Notes: a model not told the origin generated them from the letters alone. Numbered from the stretch's first letter, positions 28,407 through 37,736 are shown. The stretch is 64,000 bases of DNA from Chloroflexia bacterium (GCA_038228295.1 JBBRPH010000027.1:375-64374), one strand, 5' to 3'. Translations and numbers: made by a program.

Positions 28407-28495
28407 TATATTCTAGGAACTCGTGTTCCTAGAATATAGATGTAGTAATACGTTTGAATGCTAATCGCGTTAGGAACTCGTGTTCCTAACGCGAT
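28407..28495. repeat. Two perfect 32-bp palindromes sharing core TAGGAAC-TCGT-GTTCCTA
   Basis: 28407-28438 TATATTCTAGGAAC-TCGT-GTTCCTAGAATATA; 28464-28495 ATCGCGTTAGGAAC-TCGT-GTTCCTAACGCGAT. Confidence 0.9.
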
Positions 28496-28566
28496 AACCA
28501 TGTAAGCGGACGATAAAATGTTCCCTTAGCTGGGGCGTTGTGCTCCAAGCAATGGAGAGCATGGGG

Positions 28567-29154
28567 CTAGGCTCCCTTCAACGACCATACAGGCCCATGT
28601 CCAGGATAGATTATGGTGCCGTTGTGGGCACGGATTTTCGCCCAACTCTGTTGTACGGGGTCCAGCGGGTCGCCCATTGTAGCCCAGGGTGGCGTTAAGT
28701 CGCCGGTAAAGGCTTCGCCCGTATCCAGTACGAGCGTGAGGCTGTCGTCTGAATGCCCCGGTGTACTCACGGTTTCACCAAGGATGTCAATTCCTTGTAG
28801 GACGCTACGACTCTCTTCAGCAGTGACTATGAGGTTATCTGTCATGTCAATATCGCTATAGTGATCTTGTGGTTTCATGTGGCGTTGTAACAAGGGAATG
28901 CTTTGCTTTTGTGTTTCCAGCACGATGAGTTGGAGACCGAACTGTTTCAGATCCTGGGCGAGACCCGCATGATCAGGGTGATAGTGGGTGACAAGCAAAT
29001 AGGGGATGGTGGATAATTTGATGCCGGCGCGTTTGCACGTATGCTGAAATTGCGGTAGTGTGTTGGGCCAACCGGCATCAATCAGCAAATGCGGACGGTC
29101 CGTGGCGAGAACATAGTAGTTGGTGGATGCATAGCCCACATTGACGATATTCAT
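28567..29154 (-). CDS. MBL-fold metallo-hydrolase
   Basis: THYHPDHAG, TPGHSDDS, FTGD, PGHG motifs; lower GC than neighbours. Confidence 0.9.
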   Translation of the reverse strand: MNIVNVGYASTNYYVLATDRPHLLIDAGWPNTLPQFQHTCKRAGIKLSTIPYLLVTHYHPDHAGLAQDLKQFGLQLIVLETQKQSIPLLQRHMKPQDHYSDIDMTDNLIVTAEESRSVLQGIDILGETVSTPGHSDDSLTLVLDTGEAFTGDLTPPWATMGDPLDPVQQSWAKIRAHNGTIIYPGHGPVWSLKGA

Positions 29155-29189
29155 TGGAGCCCCCTCCCTTCGGCTATACAGCGGTTGCC

Positions 29190-29636
29190 CTACGACCGTT
29201 CCGTGACATGACTACGCACTACATCGGCATAGATGGGCTGTACGGTGCGGATGAACAGGCCCGCGCGCTCGGCAAACTCGGCTAGCCGTGCCTCGTCTAG
29301 CGGGTACAAGGGATGTGTCTCGTAGAGGCGCACCCAGCCGCGATCCCACTCCTCCAATTCAACCCCCAGGCCGAGCGTTGCTTTGAGGTCGAACAGGCAG
29401 AAGCTGAGGCCATGGCGGATTTGCGCGTTGCGGACGGCAGTTGCTTCGCAGTGCAGGCCCAGTTCCAGCTGGAGCGTGCGTTCGTGGATCCATACTTCGT
29501 AGTGAATCGCCTCATCGCTACCGTACCAAAGTTTGAGCAGGCGACCGTGCGGCTCAATGTGCAGCGGCTCCTCGCTTTCAGGCAAATAGGGTCGCAGGGC
29601 AGCGGGTAGGCGGCGTAGGAACTGATACGGCAGCAT
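29190..29636 (-). CDS. Hypothetical protein
   Basis: Start overlaps the lysA stop; globular, protein-like composition. Confidence 0.7.
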   Translation of the reverse strand: MLPYQFLRRLPAALRPYLPESEEPLHIEPHGRLLKLWYGSDEAIHYEVWIHERTLQLELGLHCEATAVRNAQIRHGLSFCLFDLKATLGLGVELEEWDRGWVRLYETHPLYPLDEARLAEFAERAGLFIRTVQPIYADVVRSHVTERS

Positions 29637-30892
29637 CAGGCACCTCGTGGTAGCAGGTCGGCATATGTTTCGCGGGAACGGATCAGGCAGTGAGTGGTAC
29701 CGGCGACCAACACTTCGGCTGGGCGTGGGCGGCTGTTGTACTGCGAAGCCATCGCAAAGCCATACGCCCCGGCCTGCCGGATCGCCAGCAGCGCACCTTC
29801 GCCCAGCGCCGGCAATTGCCGATCCGTCGCCAAGAAGTCGGACGACTCGCAGATGGGACCGGCCAAGTCGGTCAGGTAGAAATCATCATCGGGGCTGGGC
29901 TGCTGTAGCGGTTCGATGGGGTGGTAAGCACCATAAAGCGCCGGGCGCAGCAGATCGTTCATGCCGGCATCCGCGACGAGCAGTTGCCGGTCGGCGGTGG
30001 CCGATTTGCGGTACAGAACACGAGTGAGCAGTACCCCGGCCGGTCCCATCAGGTAGCGACCGGGTTCCAATTCCAGTTGCAAGCGACGTCCGGCTAGCAA
30101 AGGGCGCAAACCGGTAGCCAGTTCGGCTGGGCCTTGTGGCGCGTCGCCCGGTTGATAGGGAATCGCCAGCCCACCGCCGATGCCCAGGCTGTGCAGCGTG
30201 ATCCCTTCACCGGCCAGTGTATCCCATAAGGCCAGCAGGCGGCGCGTAGATTCTATAATCGGTGCTATCGTCTCCATCTGTGAGCCGATATGGGCGTGTA
30301 GGCCGACCGGGCGTAGATGCGGGTGCGTGACGGCCCAGCGGGTGAGGACTAGCGCCTCATCAGGCGGCACGCCAAACTTGCTGTTCGCAGTACCGGTCGT
30401 GATATACGGATGCGTATGTGCCTCCACATCGGGGTTGACACGCACCGCCACCGCTGCGACTGTGCCCAGCCCCGCCGCGATCTCGGCCAGCGCCGCCAAC
30501 TCGCCCCGCGACTCAATATGGAAGGCGCGAATGCCCGGACCGTGCAGGGCTTCGGCCAACTCAGTGCGGGTTTTGCCCACGCCGGCAAAGACAATGCGGT
30601 CCGCCGGAAAGCCACTATGCTGCGCCACGTACAATTCGCCGCCGGAGACCACGTCTACACTTGCACCGCGCTCGGCCAGCAGGCGGGCCAGGGTCGGGTT
30701 GCTGTTGGCTTTGAGCGCATAGCAGATGCGTAGCGGCACGCCGAGGTTGCCGAGGTGCTCAATCAGGCTATCGTAAGCGGCTTCGAATGTGGCCCGGCTG
30801 TAGACATAAAGCGGTGTGCCATACTCGGCGACCAACGCCGCCAGCGGCACATTTTCAGCGCAAAGCTGCCCTTCCTGATAGTGGAACATCAT
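29636..30892 (-). CDS. lysA: Diaminopimelate decarboxylase
   Basis: YGTPLYVY, YALKANSN (PLP Lys), DVVSGGE, HAHIGSQ, EPGRY, GPICESSD, GAYG. Confidence 0.96.
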   Translation of the reverse strand: MMFHYQEGQLCAENVPLAALVAEYGTPLYVYSRATFEAAYDSLIEHLGNLGVPLRICYALKANSNPTLARLLAERGASVDVVSGGELYVAQHSGFPADRIVFAGVGKTRTELAEALHGPGIRAFHIESRGELAALAEIAAGLGTVAAVAVRVNPDVEAHTHPYITTGTANSKFGVPPDEALVLTRWAVTHPHLRPVGLHAHIGSQMETIAPIIESTRRLLALWDTLAGEGITLHSLGIGGGLAIPYQPGDAPQGPAELATGLRPLLAGRRLQLELEPGRYLMGPAGVLLTRVLYRKSATADRQLLVADAGMNDLLRPALYGAYHPIEPLQQPSPDDDFYLTDLAGPICESSDFLATDRQLPALGEGALLAIRQAGAYGFAMASQYNSRPRPAEVLVAGTTHCLIRSRETYADLLPRGA

Positions 30893-31052
30893 GGTATACT
30901 CCCTAGTGGCTGGTGGATATTACGCCGCAGCCGGCTTGTGACGGCGGCGCGGTCGCCGGTTCTTACCGTCTCAGTATACCAGAACCGCCGCTACTCGATG
31001 CCTGGGCCGGCCTACTATCGCCGATCCCTACCTTGATTGAGAATAGCTTCTT

Positions 31053-32555
31053 ATGCCCAAACAAGCCCTGTTCCAATCTGCCGCCGTCGCGCGTAACCCG
31101 GCCGCATTGCCGTGGGTACAGGTCGCGCCGGTCGGCCGCTACTTTATGACCGACGACGGCGCGCCGTTTCTGCTGATCGGGCAGAACGATGCCGTCAACT
31201 GGCCTGACATGTGGCAGCTTCACTATGAAGCCGACATCGCTACCACCGAGCGCTATATCCAAAAACTGGCCGCGCACGGAGTGACCGTGATGCGGATGAT
31301 GCTGGAGTACTGCCACGACGACCACTGGTACTTGGAGAAGCCGGTCGGTCGCTTTGTGCCGGAGCAGGTGCTGTATTGGGACGACGTGATTGGCCTATGC
31401 GAGCGGCATGGCGTGCGACTACTGCTGTCGCCATGGGATACTTTCTTTATGGCGCGACGCTGGGGGCGGCATCCCTATAGCTACAAGAACAGTCCGTTTC
31501 GCGCGCCGGGCGATTTCTGTGTGCATCGCCCGGCCATTGAGGCCGAAAAAGCGCGCTTGGCCTTTATCATAGACCGTTGGGGCGATTCGCCGGCCGTCTT
31601 CGGCTTCGACCTGCTGAACGAGATCCATCCATATTGGGGTGGCAGCCCAAGCCGGCAGGGAGAGTGGATCCATGAGATCGCCACGTTCATGAAGGAGCGC
31701 GCGTTAGCCCGGCATGGGCGAAGGCACCTGCTGACTTGCTCTATCTTCGGGCCGATGCCGGAAGGGGAGTACCCCGCCCTGATTTTCCGCCACCCCGACC
31801 TGGATTTTGCTACCACACACATCTATTGGCCGGGCTGGATTGATATGCCGGAGAACACATTTGACTGTGTGCGGGCGGTGAACCGCAGTGTGCGCTTTGC
31901 GTTGGCCGAAATCCAAGATCACCGCCCGTATACCGACACCGAGACCGGGCCGATCCACCTGTTTCTTGACCATAAGCGGCAGCTAGAGGAGGCGTTCGAC
32001 ACCGAATACTATCATAATATGAGTTGGGCACACCTGATGAGCGGCGGGGCCGGCAGTGGGATGCGCTGGCCGAGCCGCGATCCGCACTGCCTGACCGACA
32101 GTATGCACGCGGTGCAGCGAGGTATGGCGCAGACCTGTCGCGCTATTGACTGGGCGCACTTTGCCGCCGACCCGCTGGAGCATCGGTTGCGCGTAGTGTC
32201 GCGCGGCGTGGCGGATACATACCAGGGCAGCGTGCCGCGTTTGGCGGTGCTGCCTGCGCTGCCTGCACGCGCCTACGGGTTGTCTGATGGGCTGACCAGC
32301 TTCCTATGGGTGCTGCGCGACAGCCGCGCTGTGGGACTGCATGATCCGTTGCCGGAGCCGGAATTGGTGGGTGCGGGTTGGCTATCCGGGAGCTACACCG
32401 TGGAGTTCTACGACACCTACAGTGGCACCCGAACTGGTGCTACAGCGATCTGGGTAGGTGAGCCGCCGCAAGACACGAGTCTGGGCACAGTATTACGCAT
32501 TCCTCTGCCGTTGGATGGACGCGATGTGGCCCTGGTGGTGCGGCGGAGTGGCTAG
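31053..32555 (+). CDS. Glycoside hydrolase, clan GH-A (GH5-like)
   Basis: FDLLNE acid/base motif, TTHIY, DTETGP nucleophile region. Confidence 0.75.
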   Translation: MPKQALFQSAAVARNPAALPWVQVAPVGRYFMTDDGAPFLLIGQNDAVNWPDMWQLHYEADIATTERYIQKLAAHGVTVMRMMLEYCHDDHWYLEKPVGRFVPEQVLYWDDVIGLCERHGVRLLLSPWDTFFMARRWGRHPYSYKNSPFRAPGDFCVHRPAIEAEKARLAFIIDRWGDSPAVFGFDLLNEIHPYWGGSPSRQGEWIHEIATFMKERALARHGRRHLLTCSIFGPMPEGEYPALIFRHPDLDFATTHIYWPGWIDMPENTFDCVRAVNRSVRFALAEIQDHRPYTDTETGPIHLFLDHKRQLEEAFDTEYYHNMSWAHLMSGGAGSGMRWPSRDPHCLTDSMHAVQRGMAQTCRAIDWAHFAADPLEHRLRVVSRGVADTYQGSVPRLAVLPALPARAYGLSDGLTSFLWVLRDSRAVGLHDPLPEPELVGAGWLSGSYTVEFYDTYSGTRTGATAIWVGEPPQDTSLGTVLRIPLPLDGRDVALVVRRSG

Positions 32556-32561
32556 CGGGGT

Positions 32562-32577
32562 GGTTTCATGTGAAACA
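32562..32577. promoter_or_regulatory. Candidate chromosomal parS site
   Basis: GGTTTCATGTGAAACA matches TGTTTCACGTGAAACA at 14 of 16 positions; intergenic. Confidence 0.65.
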
Positions 32578-32721
32578 ATAGCGTGGAACGGGCAGCTTGA
32601 AACGTGAACTACGGCTTTGTACATAGAAGATAGCTGCTAATGACCCCGTTGGACATCGCCACCGACGGTTGCACAACCAGTAGTATATTACCGCTACTCC
32701 GTTAGGAGTGTCAACGGAGCA

Positions 32722-32758
32722 AGATCAAACCGGACGGATGTACCGTCCGGTTTGATCT
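32722..32758. terminator. Bidirectional terminator-like hairpin
   Basis: Perfect 16-bp stem AGATCAAACCGGACGG / CCGTCCGGTTTGATCT between convergent genes. Confidence 0.75.
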
Positions 32759-32777
32759 ATTTGCCTGTCTATACGCG

Positions 32778-33782
32778 CTATTTGGGCGGCCAGGTTTCGG
32801 GATTGACGAGATTGGGCGGGCGGTCGCCGGCGAAGTAGGCGCGGATGTTGGCGGCGGCCATTGTCGCCATCGCGTTGCGGGTGGCCCATGTAGCGCTGGC
32901 GATGTGCGGAGCCAGCACCACGTTTTCGCAGATGAGTAGCTCCGGGTGGACCGTAGGTTCCTCTTCATAGACATCGAGACCCGCCCCGGCGATCGTGCCT
33001 GTGTGCAGGGCGGCGGCGAGCGCGGCTTCGTCTACAACCGGACCACGGGCGGTGTTGATCAGATAAGCGGTGCGTTTCATGCGGCCGAGACTGTCGGCAT
33101 TGATCAGGTGGTGCGTTTCGGGTGTGTAGTTGACGTGTAGGCTGACGAAATCGGCTTGGGCCAGTAAATCGTCCAACGGAGTGAAGCGGGCGTTGAGTTC
33201 GTGCTCCACGGCTGCATCTACCGGATGGATGTCGTAGTAGAGCACTTTCATGTTGAAGCCCAACGCACGGCGAGCCACAGCCTGGCCGATGCGTCCGAAG
33301 CCGACCACGCCGAGTGTGCCGCCCGTTACCTCGCCGCCCAGCAACATGAGCGGTCCCCAGCCGTGGAATTTGCCGGCGCGCGTAAAGCGGTCGCCCTCCG
33401 CGACCCGGCGGGCAGCGGCCATGAGCAAAGTCCAGGCGAAGTCGGCGGTGGTGTCGGTCAGCACGCCGGGCGTGTTAGTGACCGGGATACCCCGGCGCGT
33501 GGCTTCAGGGATGTCTATATTGTTGAAGCCGACCGCCATGTTAGCAATGATTCGCACATCGGGCATGGCCGCCATGACCTCGGCATCAATCGTGTCGGTG
33601 AGTAGGCAGTAGAGGGCATCATGACCGGGTAGACGGCGCAGGAGTTCGACCTTGCTCCAGATCGTGCCCTCGTCGCTGTTCGCGTCTACATCGGCGAACG
33701 TATGCAGCAGGTCAAGCCCGGCTTGGGGCACAGCTTGCGTGACCAAAACGCACGGCCGCCTACCGGCATCGTTATTTGACAT
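32778..33782 (-). CDS. D-2-hydroxyacid dehydrogenase (glyoxylate/glycerate reductase, GyaR-like)
   Basis: AVGFNNID, NTPGVLT, GFGRIG, INTARG, GLDVYEEEP, PHIAS. Confidence 0.93.
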   Translation of the reverse strand: MSNNDAGRRPCVLVTQAVPQAGLDLLHTFADVDANSDEGTIWSKVELLRRLPGHDALYCLLTDTIDAEVMAAMPDVRIIANMAVGFNNIDIPEATRRGIPVTNTPGVLTDTTADFAWTLLMAAARRVAEGDRFTRAGKFHGWGPLMLLGGEVTGGTLGVVGFGRIGQAVARRALGFNMKVLYYDIHPVDAAVEHELNARFTPLDDLLAQADFVSLHVNYTPETHHLINADSLGRMKRTAYLINTARGPVVDEAALAAALHTGTIAGAGLDVYEEEPTVHPELLICENVVLAPHIASATWATRNAMATMAAANIRAYFAGDRPPNLVNPETWPPK

Positions 33783-34068
33783 AACTCGCACTCCTTTGTG
33801 AGAATATTGGTAGACAGAGTTCAGCAGCAAGTGTGCCGCCGATATTCCATGAAGCACTCACGTATTCTTCCATCCAGTACACATTGGCCGCAATGCTCGG
33901 CTCCCCTATTTACGCCTTCGGCCACTTTTGAACGCCGGCGCTGTGTGCTCGCTCCGTATTATACGGCAACCAGCGGCGGGTGAGGCTACCTCCTGCGCCG
34001 ACTTTCTGCATTGAGTTAAGAGTAGGGTTGCACCGCACCCACTGCCTCACTAACATCTTGACATAACA

Positions 34069-34091
34069 AAGGCGGGCTTTAAGCCCGCCTT
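34069..34091. terminator. Terminator-like hairpin
   Basis: AAGGCGGGCTT-T-AAGCCCGCCTT just past the 34124 stop. Confidence 0.65.
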
Positions 34092-34123
34092 CTACGGCTC
34101 CTTGTACTTTTACTGCCGGTAGC

Positions 34124-34606
34124 CTACTGCCGGCTGCCTACCCGTTCGCGGAGGGCACGCAGGCGCTGGAAGTCGGCCATGATCTCGTCGAAGGGCAAGG
34201 CCAGGCCGCCGCTGGGATCGTAGATGGACGAGGGCAGGGTGGCGTAGGGAGCGGGATCTTCAAAGCAGGTAAGCAGCAGGCGTAGCAGATCCTCGGCCGG
34301 CGGTGGGCCGTGTCGCGCAGGCTTAAGCAGCCCGCGCCGCTCCAACTTGTGCAGGTTGCGGATCACGAAGCCGTGAATGGCAAAAAAGCGTGCGGCATTG
34401 TCGGGGCCGGCGATAAGGCCGTATTTATCGAGAAAGTAGTCCTGAGCGGCGGCTTCCGGGCTGTTAGGATCATCAATCCGATCCTCGGTGGGGTCGAGCG
34501 TGCTGCTGTCGGCGAATGTTGGGCGGGCGGTATACTCGCGCCAACCATTGGTGATTTCGCCCAAATTTTGAATATCTTCTTGCAGCAGATCGAGATCGTA
34601 GTGCAT
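34124..34606 (-). CDS. Hypothetical protein
   Basis: GAGGAGG RBS; 160-aa protein-like ORF followed by a hairpin. Confidence 0.7.
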   Translation of the reverse strand: MHYDLDLLQEDIQNLGEITNGWREYTARPTFADSSTLDPTEDRIDDPNSPEAAAQDYFLDKYGLIAGPDNAARFFAIHGFVIRNLHKLERRGLLKPARHGPPPAEDLLRLLLTCFEDPAPYATLPSSIYDPSGGLALPFDEIMADFQRLRALRERVGSRQ

Positions 34607-34995
34607 CGGTCGCCCCTCCTCGTGGCGGTCCCCACGGGCACACGCCCGGTGTTATGGGGGTGGTCAAGTGAATCATAGCATAGGCTCATAGGGGGAGTCA
34701 AGCGAACTGTTGGGGAGCCTTCGGGGTATATATGGTACGCAGGGCAGGCGAAGCGGAAGCCGCTCTACTCGCTCGTCCTGCGGAAGATTGCCGACAGCTT
34801 GCATGGGTGTGGTATAATGTAACCGTGCCTTAGCCGGCTGGAGAATTAACCAGATAGTCGGTATGGCACGGTCGGTGCGGGTGAGCTGGTATGACCCTTG
34901 CTTTACGGTTTATGCCGCTTCACTATATCAGATTGAACAAGCGCTCGAACAAGCTCTTATTTAGTAATCTGCCTTATCCGCTGTTGAACAAACCC

Positions 34996-35024
34996 TTGAC
35001 AAATAGCGGATAAAGCGGTACAAT
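34996..35024 (+). promoter_or_regulatory. Sigma70 promoter
   Basis: TTGACA-17 bp-TACAAT. Confidence 0.75.
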
Positions 35025-35102
35025 GCGTATAATAAAAGGTGGAGTATACCCGGTGGGATGGCGTGGCCCGGCAGGCTCCTGTGTAAGCAAAGACGGAGGC
35101 AG

Positions 35103-35477
35103 ATGGTGGACGATCTGACGACAATGGATGATGTGGGGTTGACGGCCCGCGTGGCCGCCGGCGATACCGAGGCAGTGGAAATCTTATATGACCGCTACAG
35201 TACGCCGGCCTACTCGCTGGCCCTGCGATTGGCGGGCGATCCGGCGCGCGCGGCGGACTTGGTCCAGCGCGCCTTTGGCCGCATTTGGGCCGATGCCCAA
35301 CGTTTTAACACCGAGACAATCCGCTTCAGCAGCCGGTTGTTTAGCCTGGTTAACTACTTGGCCCTGAGTCCGGCCCCGATGGCTGCGGCGCCGCGCCCAA
35401 CGGCTGCACTGCGCTCCCGCACGATCACCGGCCCCCTGCAGCCGGTGCCGGTGCGGGTGACTTGCCGCCACCAGTAA
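35103..35477 (+). CDS. ECF sigma-factor region-2-only protein (truncated or degenerate)
   Basis: DDVGLTARVAAGDTEAVEILYDRYS..YSLALRLAGD..AADLVQRAF matches ECF sigma2; no region 4 before the stop. Confidence 0.7.
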   Translation: MVDDLTTMDDVGLTARVAAGDTEAVEILYDRYSTPAYSLALRLAGDPARAADLVQRAFGRIWADAQRFNTETIRFSSRLFSLVNYLALSPAPMAAAPRPTAALRSRTITGPLQPVPVRVTCRHQ

Positions 35478-35548
35478 GTAGCTTCTGTTAGCCGGTTGGT
35501 CGCACGCGGATAGGTAATGCCGGTTGCGATTATCCGGTCGGATTTGCC

Positions 35549-35587
35549 GGGGCGTAGAGATTTCATCTGAATCTCTACGCCCCTTTT
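35549..35587 (+). terminator. Intrinsic terminator
   Basis: Perfect 14-bp stem GGGGCGTAGAGATT / AATCTCTACGCCCC then TTTT. Confidence 0.8.
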
Positions 35588-35610
35588 GTGTATCTGCTAG
35601 GAGGCGGCGG

Positions 35611-36783
35611 ATGGGGATACGGGTGGTGGCTGCGCGCCGGCGACAATGGTGGCGATGGGCCCTGCCGGCTGCTGTAGTGATCGCTGCGGCCGGCTGGTGG
35701 GTGTTTGTGGGCGGCTTCGGCGGGGTGAAGATCGACATCGGCGGCGCGAGCCAAGCCCATCTGACGCTGCCGCCGGGCTTCCAGGCTACTGTGTTCGCGT
35801 CGGGGCTGGATAATCCACGCTTCATGGCTGTGGGGCCGGGCGGCACCTTGTATGTGGCTGAGCGTGGGCAGGGGCGCATCGTGGCGCTACCCGACCGCAA
35901 CGGCGACGGCCAGGCTGATGAGCGCATCACCGTGGCCGGCGATTTGCACGCGCCGAGCAGCCTTGACTTCTACAAGGGCGACCTGATCGTCGGTGAGCAA
36001 GATGGAGTGCGGCTGATCCACCTGGATGTGAATGGGCATGAGAGTGGGCGCAGCGTATTGGTGCCGAATTTACCTACTGATGGAGTGCATACGACCAAGA
36101 CGGTGTTGGTGGGGCCGGATAGCCGGCTCTATGTGGCGATGGGATCGACCTGCAATCTGTGCGCGGAGAGCGACACACGACGCGCCACGGTGCAGGTCTA
36201 CAACATAGACGGCACTGGCGGCCGGTTGTTCAGCAAAGGGCTGCGGAACGCGGTCGGTTTAGCGATCAACCCGGTGACGCACGCCGTCTGGGCGAGCAAC
36301 AATGGACGCGACCTATGGGGCGACGACCGCCCACCGGAGACGGTGAACGTCTTGCACGCCGGCGCCGATTTTGGCTGGCCGCGTTGCCACGCCGGGCGGT
36401 TGCCCGATACCGAGGCGGGCGTGCCTGGCGGCTGCACGGGTGTAGATGCGCCGGTGGTCGAACTGGGCGCGCACCAGGCTCCGCTGGCGTTGGCGTTCTA
36501 CCAGGGTAGCCGGAACTTCCCTGCGGCCTACCGCGACAGCCTGTACGTCGCCTTGCACGGCTCGTGGAACAGCACGCAGTTAGTGGGCTACAAGGTGGTA
36601 CGGGTGCCGCTGCGCGCCGGAGTGGTCGACGGTCCGGCGGAAGATTTTGCGACCGGTTGGTTGCCGAGCCAAGCCGGTGCTGTCGGTCGGCCCGCCGGCT
36701 TGGCGATAGCGGCCGACGGCAGCCTGTTGGTGAGCGATGATAAAGCCGGTTTCATCTATCGCATCCGCTATACCGCACCGTAA
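35611..36783 (+). CDS. PQQ-dependent sugar/sorbosone dehydrogenase-family beta-propeller
   Basis: N-terminal TM; GSTCNLC, GLRNAVGL, DFGWP, HQAPLAL, HGSWN, GRPAGL, VSDD. Confidence 0.9.
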   Translation: MGIRVVAARRRQWWRWALPAAVVIAAAGWWVFVGGFGGVKIDIGGASQAHLTLPPGFQATVFASGLDNPRFMAVGPGGTLYVAERGQGRIVALPDRNGDGQADERITVAGDLHAPSSLDFYKGDLIVGEQDGVRLIHLDVNGHESGRSVLVPNLPTDGVHTTKTVLVGPDSRLYVAMGSTCNLCAESDTRRATVQVYNIDGTGGRLFSKGLRNAVGLAINPVTHAVWASNNGRDLWGDDRPPETVNVLHAGADFGWPRCHAGRLPDTEAGVPGGCTGVDAPVVELGAHQAPLALAFYQGSRNFPAAYRDSLYVALHGSWNSTQLVGYKVVRVPLRAGVVDGPAEDFATGWLPSQAGAVGRPAGLAIAADGSLLVSDDKAGFIYRIRYTAP

Positions 36784-37189
36784 CGAGTACCGCCTAGGGC
36801 AGGCGGACTAGCATAGAGCGCCTGCCCACGCTGGATACACGCCGGCTAAGGTAGAGACTCTTTAGGTAGCTGTTTAGAAACAGCCCTTCTGCAACCTTTG
36901 TTTTCCGTTGCCACCAGACTCATAGACTCATAAACCAACTTATTAGTACACTTGTTTACCGGCTTATTAGCCTATTCACTTGATAGCACAATATACCACC
37001 TTCAGAAACCCCGCCAACTCGGCTCAGGATCTTATTTTCTAGCCGAATCGCAATGATTTTCTGACATGAAAGGCCAATGATACACTTACGATATGATTGT
37101 GCTATGATTATGCTATGATCTGGGCAGAATATCGGCACGTTTGGTTAATTGTACTGGTATAGGACGCTAGCAAGTGAGAGGGCACAACT

Positions 37190-37687
37190 GTGTTTTGTTT
37201 GCAATGTGGGCATGGTTTGGTGGAGCGGCTACTACCCACGGAGGACCGCCCCCGGCTGGTATGTGACTCCTGTGGCTACATCCACTATCTGAACCCGCGC
37301 GTGGTGTGCGGCACGCTGCCGGTGTGGAATGGGCAAGTATGGCTGTTGCGGCGCGGGATTGAGCCACGGCGGGGCTATTGGAGCCACCCGGCCGGCTATC
37401 AGGAAGTGGGCGAGAGTACGCCTGACGGCGCGCTGCGCGAGACCCGCGAGGAACTCCAGTGGGCGGTGCGTATTGTGCGCCTACTAGGGGTGTACTCGCG
37501 GGCGGCCGCGCCAATCGTGAACGTGGTCTATCTAGCGGCCCCAGTAGATCCGATCGCCCACCCACACACCACGCCGGAGGCGTTAGAAGTGCTGCCGTTT
37601 ACACCGGCGACGATCCCCTGGGCCGATATGGCCTTCCCCAGCACCACCCAGGCGTTGCGCGACTGGATCGCAGGGCTAGCGTCGTGA
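37190..37687 (+). CDS. NUDIX hydrolase with N-terminal zinc ribbon
   Basis: CLQCG..CDSCG; PAGYQEVGESTPDGALRETREE Nudix box. Confidence 0.9.
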   Translation: MFCLQCGHGLVERLLPTEDRPRLVCDSCGYIHYLNPRVVCGTLPVWNGQVWLLRRGIEPRRGYWSHPAGYQEVGESTPDGALRETREELQWAVRIVRLLGVYSRAAAPIVNVVYLAAPVDPIAHPHTTPEALEVLPFTPATIPWADMAFPSTTQALRDWIAGLAS

Positions 37688-37736
37688 GCGGCGAGTTGTG
37701 TTCCATACTGGACTGCTTTTCGGCTGACAAACGGAT

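Noticed and set aside
21360-28566. att sites or integrase bounding the rep-par module
   Set aside because: No flanking direct repeat, tRNA or recombinase gene was found by eye; a computed repeat search is still needed.
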